Positions 20,731 through 30,781 of a stretch of DNA of 64,000 bases are shown in pieces. Both the position numbers and the translations under genes were made by a program. The notes below the pieces were generated by a model. It was not told the DNA's origin. It worked only from the letters and a program-made list of their open reading frames with translations, and did not search any database. The stretch is from assembly GCA_003567475.1 (NCBI GenBank), contig PWZL01000012.1, positions 5,290 to 69,289 of the forward strand. The letters run 5' to 3'. Position 1 is the stretch's first letter; every line of letters starts with the position of its first letter. The DNA is from Gammaproteobacteria bacterium. Lineage in GTDB: Bacteria > Pseudomonadota > Gammaproteobacteria > Steroidobacterales > PWYM01.

Positions 20731-21621
20731 TCAGGACAGTGGCGTAAACGTGTAGTGCAGCAGAATGCCGGCGAAAACGGCGCCGCCGTACACATGGTTG
20801 TTGCGAAAGGCACGGAAGCAGTCGGCGGGTTCCCGGTGGCGGATCAGCCAGAGCTGCCAGCCGGCCGACGTCGCCGCCCCGGCCAGCCCCGCGAGATACC
20901 AGTTGCCGAGTCCGGCCCGCTGTCCGACCAGATACAGCGTGAGCAGCAGCGAGGCATGCAGCGCCGCGAGGATGGTCCGGTCCGCGTCGCCGAACAGGAT
21001 GGCGGCGGACTTTACGCCAAGCTTGAGGTCATCCTCCCGATCCACCATGGCGTACATGGTGTCGTAGACGACCGCCCACAGCAGCACGCCGCAGAACAGC
21101 AGCCACGCCAGCGGCGGAATACCGCCGGTCTGGGCAGCGAATGCCATGGGGACGCTCCAGCCGAATGCCATGCCGAGCACGGCCTGCGGCGTGGCGATAT
21201 ACCGCTTCATGAAAGGATAGACGATGGCCAATACGGCGCCCATCACGGCCAGCCCCTGAGTCAATCGGTTCAGGGTCAGAACCAGCCCGAGCGCGATCAG
21301 CGACAGGCCGGCGAACAGCACCAGCGCCTCCGCCGCGGAGACCTCGCCCGCCGCCAGCGGTCGCGCCCGGGTGCGCGAGACGTAAGGATCGACCCGCCGG
21401 TCGGCGAAGTCGTTGATGGCGCAGCCCGCGGAGCGCATGAGGATGACCCCCAGCACGAATACCCCGAATACCTGGGGATCGGGCCGACCCTCCCCCGCCA
21501 GCCACAGCGCCCACAGGGTCGGCCACATCAGCAGCCAGATCCCGATCGGAGCGTGCAGCCGCAGCAGCCGCGCATAGGCCAGCAGCTGTCTGCCGAGCGC
21601 GGCGCGCTGCGCGGGCGTCAT
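20731..21621 (-). CDS. ubiA: 4-hydroxybenzoate polyprenyltransferase
   Basis: 296 aa. It has the NDFADRRVDPYVSRTRARPLAAG and ...YDTMYAMVDREDD... UbiA motifs and overlaps ubiC by 4 nt. Confidence 0.92.
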   Translation of the reverse strand: MTPAQRAALGRQLLAYARLLRLHAPIGIWLLMWPTLWALWLAGEGRPDPQVFGVFVLGVILMRSAGCAINDFADRRVDPYVSRTRARPLAAGEVSAAEALVLFAGLSLIALGLVLTLNRLTQGLAVMGAVLAIVYPFMKRYIATPQAVLGMAFGWSVPMAFAAQTGGIPPLAWLLFCGVLLWAVVYDTMYAMVDREDDLKLGVKSAAILFGDADRTILAALHASLLLTLYLVGQRAGLGNWYLAGLAGAATSAGWQLWLIRHREPADCFRAFRNNHVYGGAVFAGILLHYTFTPLS

Positions 21622-22193
21622 TCTCCGCGCGGCGCCGGACAGCGCGAGAGGTCAGGCAGAAAAGCCTCGAGCACCGACAGCGCCAGACCGTCGATCCGGA
21701 ACACCGAATCACGTGCCCAGATTGCGCCCTTGGGCGGCCGCGCAAGTCCGCTCAGCAGAGGCTCGTCCGGGCGCATGGGTCGAAAGCGAAACGGATCGCG
21801 CGAGGGCTGACCCACCTCCCGCAGCCGCTCCCCCAAGGACGCCCGGCCCAGTTCGCCCAGCCACGGGTGAGCGGCCAGCGTGCTGCCCGGTACCAGGGTG
21901 CGGGCGCAGACGTAATCGCAGGCACCATCCCCCATCACGATCTCCCGGCAGAGGGCTTCCCCGTCCCGGGTACCGAGGCGTATGCGTTCGGCTTCGTCGA
22001 GAACAATAGGGCGTTGTCCCAGCAATTCCAGCCGGAAAGCCGGTCCACTGGCCCGGCGCAATGCCGCCGTGAGCAGCCCCGGCCACTGCAGCCAGGCCCG
22101 TTGTCGGGGATCAATGGCGTGCCCGTCCAGTGCCGCGGCAGTCAGCCAGGGCGCTGCCGGCAGGCGGTTGGTTTCTGCGGGACTCGCTGTCAT
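21618..22193 (-). CDS. ubiC: Chorismate pyruvate-lyase
   Basis: ORF trimmed to MTASPAE (ATG at 22193; 22295 is also possible). ...SLGERL... and ...IWARDSVFRIDGLALSVLEAFLP... resemble the UbiC C-terminal region. The ubiC-ubiA order supports the call. Confidence 0.75.
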   Translation of the reverse strand: MTASPAETNRLPAAPWLTAAALDGHAIDPRQRAWLQWPGLLTAALRRASGPAFRLELLGQRPIVLDEAERIRLGTRDGEALCREIVMGDGACDYVCARTLVPGSTLAAHPWLGELGRASLGERLREVGQPSRDPFRFRPMRPDEPLLSGLARPPKGAIWARDSVFRIDGLALSVLEAFLPDLSRCPAPRGE

Positions 22194-22281
22194 TTGGCCT
22201 CGGGCCGAGTGGCGGGCTGAGTCCGCGATTGTAGCCAGTCGATGCGTGCGCCCGCCAATCCCTGCCACGGCGCGGTGCTGT

Positions 22282-24354
22282 TCATACGGCACCATAGCGT
22301 GTCGCTGTGCCGATCCAGCGACGCATCAGGCGGTCCTGTCGGTCGGGGTCGCCGGCCAGGCGCGCTGCGGCGTCCTGGACCAGTGGCAGCAGGTCGGCAT
22401 CGCGGCTGAGGTCGGCGATGCGCATCTGCGCGAGCCCGGTCTGGCGGGTGCCAAGCAGCTCCCCCGGACCCCGCAGTTCGAGATCGTGGCGCGCGATTTC
22501 GAAGCCGTCTGCCGTGTCGCGCATCACCGCCAGCCGCCGACGCGCAAGCTGCGAGAGCGGGCCGCGGTAGAGCAGCACACAAGCACTGTCGTCGCTGCCC
22601 CGGCCGACCCGCCCGCGCAGCTGGTGCAGTTGCGACAGCCCCATCCGCTCGGCGTTCTCGATGATCATCAGGCTCGCGCGCGGGACATCCACGCCGACCT
22701 CGATCACCGTGGTGGCCACCAGGACGTCAATGCCGCCCGCTTTGAACTGCTGCATGACGGCCTCTTTCTCGGTCGGTCGCAGCCGCCCATGCACCAGCCC
22801 CACGCTGAGTTCGGCCAGCGCCTCGGACAGGCTCGCATGAACGTCGGCGGCCGCCTGCGCCTCCAGGGTCTCGGACTCCTCGATGAGGGGACAGACCCAA
22901 TAGGCCTGTCGGCCGCTGCTGCAAGCCTCGCGCACCCGTGCGACGATCTCCTCGCGCCGGCTGTCGGGCAGGACGACGGTGGTGACCGGCTGGCGGCCCG
23001 GTGGCAGTTCGTCGATCACCGAGGTGTCCAGATCGGCGTAGGCCGTCATCGCCAGTGTCCGCGGGATTGGCGTGGCGGTCATGATCAGCTGGTGGGGTGC
23101 CGTGTTGCCGGCTGCGCCGCCTTTTTCGCGCAGCGCCAGGCGCTGATGCACGCCGAAGCGATGCTGCTCGTCGACGATGACCAGCGCCAGGCCGCCGAAC
23201 CGGATCCCCTCCTGGAACAGGGCGTGCGTGCCGACTGCCACCAGGGGCATCTCGGCGGCGAGTTGGCGCTCGGCCTCGGCCCGCCGTCGGCCCTTCACTG
23301 ACCCGCTCAGCCACACCACCGGCACGTCCAGTGGCGACAGCCAGGCATCGAAATTGCGGAAGTGCTGTTCTGCGAGCAGCTCGGTGGGCGCCATGACCGC
23401 GGCCTGTCGGCCCGCGGCCACCGCCGCCAGCGCGGCTGCGGCTGCCACAACCGTCTTGCCGGAGCCGACGTCGCCCTGCACGAGTCGCAGCATCGGCACC
23501 GGTTCGATGACATCGCGGGCGATCTCGCCGAGCACGCGGGTCTGGGCGCCCGTCAGGGTGAAGGGCAGTCCGGCCAGAAACTGCGTGACCAGGCCGGCCT
23601 CCGGCGCGAGCACCGGCGCCGGGAGCGTGCGTGCCGCCTCGCGCCGCAGGCGGATGCTCAGCTGATGGGCCAGCAGTTCCTCCAGCGCGAGCCGTCGCTG
23701 CGCCGGATGCCGGCCGGCGGCGAGCGTCTCGAGCGCGACATCCGGTGGCGGGCGATGCAGCAGCTCCAGTGCCGCCACCAGGTCGGGCAGTGGCTCATCG
23801 GTCAGTGTGGCCAGCAGGTCTTCCGGCGGGGAGCTGCGCAGGCGGGTCAGGGCCTCGGCGACCAGGGCGCGCAATCGGGACTGGGTCAGGCCTTCGCTGA
23901 GGGGGTAGACCGGTGTCAGGCGATCATCGTCCAGCGCCTCGCCAGCGCGCACGGCCCGATACTCCGGATGCACCATTTCCAGGCCGCTGGGGCCACGCCG
24001 TACCTCACCGAACGCCCGGAGGCGGGTCCCGCGGGCAAGCCGCTCGGCCTGTTGACGGGAAAAGTGAAAAAACCGGAACAGCAGGCTGCCGCTGCCGTCA
24101 CCGAGGCGCAGCAGCAGTTGTCGCCGCCGACGCAGCACCGTTTCGGTGAGCTGAACTTCTCCTTCAATCACTGCCCGGTCGCCCGGCCGCAGAGTACCGA
24201 TCGGGCTGATCCGCGTGCGATCTTCGTAGCGCAGGGGAAGCAGGAAGAGCAGGTCGGCGACCAGCAGGACGCCCAGCCGGGCCAGCCGCTCCGCGAGCTG
24301 CGGACCGACGCCGCGCAGCACGCTGACCGGCTGGCTCAGCCCGCCATCGGTCAT
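22282..24354 (-). CDS. recG: ATP-dependent DNA helicase RecG
   Basis: 690 aa. It has an N-terminal wedge domain, the Walker A GDVGSGKTVVA and the DEQHRFG box, followed by helicase C-terminal motifs. Confidence 0.95.
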   Translation of the reverse strand: MTDGGLSQPVSVLRGVGPQLAERLARLGVLLVADLLFLLPLRYEDRTRISPIGTLRPGDRAVIEGEVQLTETVLRRRRQLLLRLGDGSGSLLFRFFHFSRQQAERLARGTRLRAFGEVRRGPSGLEMVHPEYRAVRAGEALDDDRLTPVYPLSEGLTQSRLRALVAEALTRLRSSPPEDLLATLTDEPLPDLVAALELLHRPPPDVALETLAAGRHPAQRRLALEELLAHQLSIRLRREAARTLPAPVLAPEAGLVTQFLAGLPFTLTGAQTRVLGEIARDVIEPVPMLRLVQGDVGSGKTVVAAAAALAAVAAGRQAAVMAPTELLAEQHFRNFDAWLSPLDVPVVWLSGSVKGRRRAEAERQLAAEMPLVAVGTHALFQEGIRFGGLALVIVDEQHRFGVHQRLALREKGGAAGNTAPHQLIMTATPIPRTLAMTAYADLDTSVIDELPPGRQPVTTVVLPDSRREEIVARVREACSSGRQAYWVCPLIEESETLEAQAAADVHASLSEALAELSVGLVHGRLRPTEKEAVMQQFKAGGIDVLVATTVIEVGVDVPRASLMIIENAERMGLSQLHQLRGRVGRGSDDSACVLLYRGPLSQLARRRLAVMRDTADGFEIARHDLELRGPGELLGTRQTGLAQMRIADLSRDADLLPLVQDAAARLAGDPDRQDRLMRRWIGTATRYGAV

Positions 24355-24746
24355 CCGGCGCCGCTGCTGCCGGGGACCATCACCGCCTCCATTTCCACCG
24401 CCGCACCTTTCGGCAGGCTCGCGACCCCGACCGCCGCCCGGGCAGGGTAGGGTTCGTCGAACACTTCCGCCATGATGTCGTTCACCAGCGGAAACCAGCC
24501 GAGGTCGGTGAGAAAGATATTGAGTTTGACGATGTCCTGCAGCCGCCCGCCCGCCGCCCGGGCGACCGCGTCCAGGTTGCTCAGCACCTGGCGGATCATG
24601 GCCTCCGGCGAACTGTCCACCAGGGTCATGGTGGCCGGGTCCAGTGGGATCTGGCCAGACAGCCAGACGGTGTCACCGACCCGCACGGCCTGGCTGTAGG
24701 TGCCGACCGCCGCAGGCGCCTCGTGGGTGTGGATGGTCTCTCGCAT
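24351..24746 (-). CDS. ridA: RidA-family reactive intermediate deaminase
   Basis: ORF trimmed to MRETIHTHEAP (ATG at 24746, GGAGG upstream). It has GTYSQAVRVGDTVWLSGQIPLD and ...ARAAVGVASLPKGAAVEMEAV.... Confidence 0.9.
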   Translation of the reverse strand: MRETIHTHEAPAAVGTYSQAVRVGDTVWLSGQIPLDPATMTLVDSSPEAMIRQVLSNLDAVARAAGGRLQDIVKLNIFLTDLGWFPLVNDIMAEVFDEPYPARAAVGVASLPKGAAVEMEAVMVPGSSGAG

Positions 24747-24783
24747 GAAGCCTCCGGGGGGTGGATTGAGCGCTGCCGCGGGT

Positions 24784-27006
24784 CTACTCCTGCTCGTCGC
24801 TGGCCGCCAGGCCGCGGCTGCGGCGGGTCCGTCCGGCACTGCGGCTGACCTTGAGGACATCCGGCATGCTGCGGATGCTGCGGATGACCCGGGCCAGGTG
24901 CACGCGGTCGGAGACCTGCAGCATGAATACCAGGGCGGAGACATCCCCTTCGCGCTCCATCACCGAGACATGCTCGATATTCGTGCGCGTCGAGGCGATG
25001 TTGCTGGCCACCGCGGCGAGGACACCCACCCGGTTGATGACGTCGACGATCACCTCGACGTTGAAATCGCCGCTGACCTGCTTTTTCCAGGTGACCGGAA
25101 GCCACTTGTTCGGCTGCTTGCGGAATTCTGCCAGGTTGCCGCAGCTGTTCCGGTGGATCACGACCCCCCGACCCGCCGACAGATGACCCATGACCTCGTC
25201 GCCCGGGATCGGATAGCAGCAGCGTGCGTAGCTCACCACCATGCCCTCGGTGCCGGCAATGGCCAGCGGTCGGGGCCCGGGGCCCGCGGGCCGGGCGGTT
25301 TCGCTGTCGGTGGCGGCCTCGCTGCCGCGGCCCGCGAGCATGCGTGCGACCAGCGGTGCCAGGCGCTCGCCGAGGCCCAGCTGTTCGTAGAGTTCGGCGG
25401 TGTTGTTCAGGCCGAGCTCATCGAGCGTGGCCTGCATCCGCTCCCGCGGGAGCTTGCGCACCGTGGTGCCGAACTCACCGAGCGCCTGGTCGAGCAGTCG
25501 CTTGCCGAGTTCGCCCGCCTCGCCACGCTGCAGGTTCTTCAGGTGCTGGCGGATCGCGGCGCGGGCCTTGGCGGTGGCGACGAAATTCACCCAGTTCGGG
25601 TTCGGCTGAGCGCCACGGGCGGTGATGATCTCGACAGTCTGACCGTTACGCAGCAAGGTTCTGAGTGGCACCAGCCGCCGGTCGACCTTCACGGCGACGC
25701 ACCGGTTCCCGACGTCGGTGTGCACGGCATAGGCGAAGTCCACGGCCGTGGCGCCGCGCGGCAGACGCAGAATGTCGCCCTTGGGCGTGAACACGTAGAC
25801 CTTGTCGGGGAACAGGTCGACGCGCACGCTCTCGAGGAACTCCTCGGAGTTCACCGTCTCCTGCATCTCCATCAGGCTGGACAGCCACTCGCGCGCCCGG
25901 GCCTGCGGCGCATAGACCTGCTGGTCCACCGCCTTGTACTGCCAGTGCGACGCGATGCCATCCTCGGCGACACGGTCCATATCGTGGGTGCGGATCTGCG
26001 CCTCCAGGGGCACGCCGTTGGGACCGAACAGGGTCGTATGCAGGGACTGGTAACCGTTGACCCTCGGGATGGCGATGTAGTCCTTGAAGCGACCCGGCAT
26101 GGGCTTGTAGAGGCGGTGCACGATCCCGAGGACGCGATAGCAGGTATCGATATCGTCGACGATCAGGCGGAATCCGTAGACGTCGACAATGTCCGCGAGC
26201 ACCTTGCCCTTGTCGCGCATCTTCCGATAGATGCTGAACAGGTGCTTTTCGCGGCTGATGATGCGCGCCTCGATGCCCGCTTCGGCGAGCGCATCGTCGA
26301 GCCGTACGGCAATTTTCTTCAGGAACGATTTCTGATTGCCCGTGGCGCGCCGCAGGGCCCGCTCGATCACCGCGTAGCGGTAGGGATAAAGCGAGCGGAA
26401 CCCGAGGTCCTCGAGTTCCAGGCGCATCTTGTTGATCCCCAGACGGTTGGCGATCGGGGCGTAGATGTCCAGGGTCTCGCGGGCGATCCGCCGCTGCTTC
26501 TCCGCAGGCATCGCGCCCAGGGTGCGCATGTTGTGCAGCCGGTCGGCCAGCTTGACCAGGATGACCCGGATGTCTTCCACCATGGCCAGGAGCATCTTGC
26601 GGAAGCTCTCTGCCTGGGCCTCGGCGCGACTCCGGAACTGGATCTGGTCGAGTTTGCTCACCCCGTCGACCAGCGCGGCGACCTCCTCGCCGAAGAGATT
26701 GGCAATCTGTCCGCGCGCGGTCGGGGTGTCTTCGATGACATCGTGCAGCAGCGCGGCCATCAGCGTGCCGGCATCCAGCCGCATGCCGGCCAGGATACGG
26801 GCGACGGCCACCGGGTGGGAGACGTAGGGTTCGCCGCTCTTGCGGGTCTGACCCTCGTGCGCTTCAGCGCTGAACTCGTAGGCTGCCAGGATGCGCTCGA
26901 CGTCGCCCTGCGGCAGGTAGGTATAGAGTTCCGAGACCAGGTCGTTGATGCCGGTGGTGCGGCGGCCGACAGGCAGCTTGCCGAGCAATGACACCGGACT
27001 CTGCAC
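24784..27006 (-). CDS. spoT: Bifunctional (p)ppGpp synthetase/hydrolase SpoT
   Basis: 740 aa. It has the HD hydrolase motif (HPVAVA...LLHDVIEDT), a RelA/SpoT synthetase domain, and TGS and ACT-like C-terminal regions. It lies downstream of rpoZ, as in gmk-rpoZ-spoT. Confidence 0.93.
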   Translation of the reverse strand: MQSPVSLLGKLPVGRRTTGINDLVSELYTYLPQGDVERILAAYEFSAEAHEGQTRKSGEPYVSHPVAVARILAGMRLDAGTLMAALLHDVIEDTPTARGQIANLFGEEVAALVDGVSKLDQIQFRSRAEAQAESFRKMLLAMVEDIRVILVKLADRLHNMRTLGAMPAEKQRRIARETLDIYAPIANRLGINKMRLELEDLGFRSLYPYRYAVIERALRRATGNQKSFLKKIAVRLDDALAEAGIEARIISREKHLFSIYRKMRDKGKVLADIVDVYGFRLIVDDIDTCYRVLGIVHRLYKPMPGRFKDYIAIPRVNGYQSLHTTLFGPNGVPLEAQIRTHDMDRVAEDGIASHWQYKAVDQQVYAPQARAREWLSSLMEMQETVNSEEFLESVRVDLFPDKVYVFTPKGDILRLPRGATAVDFAYAVHTDVGNRCVAVKVDRRLVPLRTLLRNGQTVEIITARGAQPNPNWVNFVATAKARAAIRQHLKNLQRGEAGELGKRLLDQALGEFGTTVRKLPRERMQATLDELGLNNTAELYEQLGLGERLAPLVARMLAGRGSEAATDSETARPAGPGPRPLAIAGTEGMVVSYARCCYPIPGDEVMGHLSAGRGVVIHRNSCGNLAEFRKQPNKWLPVTWKKQVSGDFNVEVIVDVINRVGVLAAVASNIASTRTNIEHVSVMEREGDVSALVFMLQVSDRVHLARVIRSIRSMPDVLKVSRSAGRTRRSRGLAASDEQE

Positions 27007-27055
27007 CTGCGGGACCCTCGTGTGTCAGTCTATGCGTGGAGGGAATTCCCCAGGG

Positions 27056-27373
27056 TCAGTCCCCCAGGGTGGCGGGCCGGTCGTCCTCCCGGTCACCAAA
27101 ACCGCCGTCGCCCAGCATACCCCCGGCGAACTCCTGGTTGGCCTGCTGCTCGAGCAGTTCGTCGACACTGCGGTCAGCCTCGGTGAGGATTTCCGGTGTC
27201 ACCAGGCCCTCGGCGATCTCGCGCAAGGCCACCACGGTGGGCTTGTCGTTCTCCCAGGGCACCAGCGCCTCGGCGCCGTTGGCGAGCCTGCGGGCGCGCT
27301 TGGCGGCCACGAGCACGAGCTCGAACATGTTGGGAATCTTGTCTACGCAGTCTTCGACCGTAATGCGGGCCAT
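27056..27373 (-). CDS. rpoZ: DNA-directed RNA polymerase subunit omega
   Basis: ORF trimmed to [30 protein letters not shown] (ATG at 27373). Confidence 0.92.
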   Translation of the reverse strand: MARITVEDCVDKIPNMFELVLVAAKRARRLANGAEALVPWENDKPTVVALREIAEGLVTPEILTEADRSVDELLEQQANQEFAGGMLGDGGFGDREDDRPATLGD

Positions 27374-27475
27374 ACTGTATCCCGGTGCGCTCGCCGCGCA
27401 CACGCCTCATTCAAGGAAACCGATCAGACAGTCTATCCCACGAGGCCCAGGCGTGACCAGCGCCCATGGCGTATT

Positions 27476-28120
27476 TCAACGCCCGTCGGCGATCCGGGTC
27501 GCCGACGCGGCCTGGGCGGGCGCAGTGGTGGCCAGCGCCTCGCCCCTGCCCTGCAGCACGGCCTCCAGCCCTGCAAGGGCAGTCTCCAGCGCCTCGTTGA
27601 TGATCACGTAGTCGAACTCGTGCCAATGCCTGACATCGTCGCAGGCTTCTGCCAGCCGACGGGCGATGACCGTCTCGTCGTCGGTACCCCGGCCCCGCAG
27701 GCGTCGTTCCAGTTCGACCAGCGACGGCGGCAGGATGAAGACGCTGCGACATTCGGGCATACGCGCCCGAACCTGGCGTGCCCCCTGCCAGTCGATTTCC
27801 AGCAGCACAGCGTGGCCGGCCGCCAGCAGGCCGTCGACCTGGGCGCGGGCGGTGCCGTAACGACGACCGAAAACCTCCGCGTGCTCGAGGAACTCGTCCT
27901 GCGCCACCATTTCGGCGAAGCGCGCAGGGTCGACGAAGTGATAGTCCTGGCCCTCGCGTTCACCGGGTCGGGCCGGGCGGGTGGTGTAGGACACCGAGAA
28001 CCGCAAACCGGGATGCCGGGCCATCAGTGCGCGGACCAGGGTGGTCTTGCCTGCGCCCGACGGCGCGGAAATCACCCACAGCCGCGGTGCCGCCGGCTCG
28101 ACATCCGCTTCATTCGACAT
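27476..28120 (-). CDS. gmk: Guanylate kinase
   Basis: It has the P-loop ISAPSGAGKTTLV, ...VSYTTRPARPGE..DGQDYHFV, and ...GTDDETVIARRL.... Confidence 0.93.
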   Translation of the reverse strand: MSNEADVEPAAPRLWVISAPSGAGKTTLVRALMARHPGLRFSVSYTTRPARPGEREGQDYHFVDPARFAEMVAQDEFLEHAEVFGRRYGTARAQVDGLLAAGHAVLLEIDWQGARQVRARMPECRSVFILPPSLVELERRLRGRGTDDETVIARRLAEACDDVRHWHEFDYVIINEALETALAGLEAVLQGRGEALATTAPAQAASATRIADGR

Positions 28121-28976
28121 TCTGGACCTGCTCGCGCATCTGCTCGATCAGCACCTTGAGCTCGACTGCTGCGCGGGTGACCTCGGTGTCCGCAGATTTC
28201 GAACCGAGCGTATTGGCCTCGCGGTTGAGTTCCTGAATAAGAAAATCCAGGCGTCTGCCGACCGGTTCCTCGCGGGCAAGGATGTCACGGATCTCGGCAA
28301 CATGCGCCTGCAGGCGGTCCAGCTCCTCGGCCACGTCGATCCGGCTGGCAAGCAACGCCAGCTCCTGTTCGAGGCGTCCCTCGTCCGCGTCCACCCCGAG
28401 CCGGGCCACCCGCTCGCGCAGCCGCTCGAGCTGCCCGGTGCGCAAGGCCGGCATGCGGGCGGCGATGCCTGCCGTGAGTGTGTCGATGGCATCGCAGCGC
28501 GAGGTGAGCACACTTGCCAGACGCTTGCCCTCGCGCTCGCGGGCATCGACCAGCGCCGTGAGCAGTCTGTCGAGGCCCGCCTGTGCAGCCGCCGCGAGAC
28601 CGGCCGGCGGATCGCTGCGTTCTTCGACGACCCCAGGCCAACGCAGCAGCTCGCGCACCGACACCCCTTGTTGCTGGCCGGTCAGTTTGCCGATCTGATT
28701 GGCCAGCGCGTGCAGGCGCAGCACCAGCGGTGCGTTCAGCTCGAGCGCCGGGGCGGTGTCTGCGGCGCGCACCATGCGCAGGTTCAGATCGACTTTGCCG
28801 CGGCCGAGCCGCTGCTGGACGCGGGCTTTCAGTGCCGCTTCTTCGCCCCGCAGTGCCTCGGGCAGTCGGAACGAGAGCTCGAGGAACCGATGGTTGACGC
28901 TACGCGCCTCCCATGTCAGCAGCTCGCCGGCGAACTCCTCTTCGTGGCGGGCATAGCCGGTCATGCTGCGGATCAT
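28110..28976 (-). CDS. yicC: YicC-family stress-induced protein
   Basis: ORF trimmed to MIRSMTGYA (ATG at 28976). The C-terminal EANTLGSKS...ELKVLIEQMREQVQNVE is a YicC signature. Confidence 0.88.
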   Translation of the reverse strand: MIRSMTGYARHEEEFAGELLTWEARSVNHRFLELSFRLPEALRGEEAALKARVQQRLGRGKVDLNLRMVRAADTAPALELNAPLVLRLHALANQIGKLTGQQQGVSVRELLRWPGVVEERSDPPAGLAAAAQAGLDRLLTALVDAREREGKRLASVLTSRCDAIDTLTAGIAARMPALRTGQLERLRERVARLGVDADEGRLEQELALLASRIDVAEELDRLQAHVAEIRDILAREEPVGRRLDFLIQELNREANTLGSKSADTEVTRAAVELKVLIEQMREQVQNVE

Positions 28977-29173
28977 GGTCGTGGTCCGTTGGTCTGCGTC
29001 CTGGATGGCGCGCAGTCTATCAGGCCGCACCGCAGACGGCTGCGCTCAGGGCTGCTGGCTTGAGTAAATTGCGGTGGCGATCACTGTACATTTGCGGATC
29101 AACGGGTAGTCTTGCCGCGACATTCGAGCGCACGTGCGGGCGAACGGGCAACGCGTTGACCAACGGGACGGGC

Positions 29174-29989
29174 ATGCACACCAGGATGGATGAGGCGCCG
29201 GTCGACCAGCAGGAGGCTGAACAGGGTGAGGCGTCGGTGGCGGCCTCTCTCAGCCTGATCGGCGATCGCGAGGAAAATCAGGACCGTGTACTCGCCTGGG
29301 TTCACGATGGGGCCTGGCTGCTCATGGCGGTCGACGGTATGGGGGGGCACAGTGATGGCGCGCGCGCGGCGGAAACCGCCATCGCGGTCGTCAAGCGTGC
29401 GTTCCGGGCCGCGCCGAAGCCCTTGCTGGATCCGCAGGGGTTTCTGCACCTCGCGCTTGGCCGCGCCCACTCGGAAATCGTCGCACTGGGGCAGGGTCTC
29501 GCGCTGGACGTGCGGCCGCGGGCCACCTGTGCCATGGCGATTGCCCAGGACGACGGTGCATGGTGGGCGCACGTCGGCGACAGCCGGGTGTATCAGCTTC
29601 GCGGCGGACGGATCATCGAGCGGACCCGCGATCACAGTCACGTCGAACTGCTGCTGCAGCAGGGACTCATCGGCGAAGCCGAGGTGCATCGCCATCCTCT
29701 GCGCAACTATGTCGAGTCCTGTCTGGGCGGTGATGCTGCGGTACCCGAGATGACCATTTCGAGGTTGCGGCGCCTGCGCCGCGGTGACGTCCTGCTGGCC
29801 TGCACCGACGGATTCTGGTCCGGGTTGACGGAGGGTCAGGTGGCCGAACTTGGCCAGCAGGTCGAGTCGAGCCTTGCCTCCCGCCTTGAGCGGCTGGGGC
29901 GCCAGGCCGCGCAGGCCCAGGCCCCCTACGCCGACAACACCTCTGCGGTGGCCCTGTGCTGGTCGCCGTGCCTGGCGCATGTGTCCTGA
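29174..29989 (+). CDS. PP2C/PPM-family Ser/Thr protein phosphatase
   Basis: ORF 28913..29989 trimmed to the ATG at 29174. PPM motifs are present: DRVLAW, LMAVDGMGGHSDG, HVGDSRVY, LACTDGFW and ADNTSAV. Confidence 0.8.
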   Translation: MHTRMDEAPVDQQEAEQGEASVAASLSLIGDREENQDRVLAWVHDGAWLLMAVDGMGGHSDGARAAETAIAVVKRAFRAAPKPLLDPQGFLHLALGRAHSEIVALGQGLALDVRPRATCAMAIAQDDGAWWAHVGDSRVYQLRGGRIIERTRDHSHVELLLQQGLIGEAEVHRHPLRNYVESCLGGDAAVPEMTISRLRRLRRGDVLLACTDGFWSGLTEGQVAELGQQVESSLASRLERLGRQAAQAQAPYADNTSAVALCWSPCLAHVS

Positions 29990-30064
29990 CCGCGTTTCCT
30001 GAGACAATCGCGGTCCGAGGTCGTGGAATCGCCCGCGACGGCTCGCGCCATCAGGAGACAGAAC

Positions 30065-30781
30065 ATGAGACCAAGCGGTCGTGCGCCGGGTGAATTGCGT
30101 CGGGTACGCCTGACGCCGGGCTTTACCCGTCATGCGGAGGGCTCGGTGCTCAGCGAGTTCGGGGACACCCGGGTGCTGTGCACCGCCAGTGTGGAGGAGC
30201 GGACGCCGCCCTGGCTGCGCAACTCTGGCCAGGGCTGGGTGACGGCCGAATACGGCATGCTGCCCCGCGCCACCCACAGCCGCAGTGCTCGCGAGGCCGT
30301 TCGCGGTGGGCAGGGTGGCAGAACGCAGGAAATCCAGCGCCTGATTGGCCGTTCCCTCCGGGCGGCCGTCGATCTGCGTGCGCTCGGGGAGCGCACCGTG
30401 ACCCTTGATTGCGACGTGCTGCAGGCCGACGGCGGCACGCGTACCGCGGCCATTACCGGCGCGTACGTGGCGCTGCGCCTCGCCGTGGCTGGACTGCTGG
30501 GGTCAGGCCGCATCTCGCGCGATCCCGTGCACGGCCAGGTCGCGGCGGTGTCCGTCGGGATTTTTTCCGGGGTCCCGGTGCTTGACCTGGATTACGCTGA
30601 AGACGCCGCTGCCGAGACCGACATGAACGTCGTCATGAACGAGGCCGGCGGTTTCATTGAAGTCCAGGGGACCGCCGAGGGGCATGCGTTCCGGCGCAGC
30701 GAGCTGGATACGCTGCTGGATCTCGCCAGTGCCGGCATCCAGGCGCTCATGCAGGCCCAGCGGGCGGCGCTGGCGGGATGA
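30065..30781 (+). CDS. rph: Ribonuclease PH
   Basis: ATG at 30065 (AGGAGA upstream). It has [30 protein letters not shown] and [19 protein letters not shown]. Confidence 0.95.
   Translation: MRPSGRAPGELRRVRLTPGFTRHAEGSVLSEFGDTRVLCTASVEERTPPWLRNSGQGWVTAEYGMLPRATHSRSAREAVRGGQGGRTQEIQRLIGRSLRAAVDLRALGERTVTLDCDVLQADGGTRTAAITGAYVALRLAVAGLLGSGRISRDPVHGQVAAVSVGIFSGVPVLDLDYAEDAAAETDMNVVMNEAGGFIEVQGTAEGHAFRRSELDTLLDLASAGIQALMQAQRAALAG

Noticed and set aside
28977-29173. yicC / PP2C divergent spacer as the origin itself, since it is the exact point of the strand flip
   Set aside because: I could find no TTATNCACA-like box and no AT-rich tract there, only two TTGCGG...GATCA half-repeats. The DnaA-box island 3.4 kb to the right is the better candidate.
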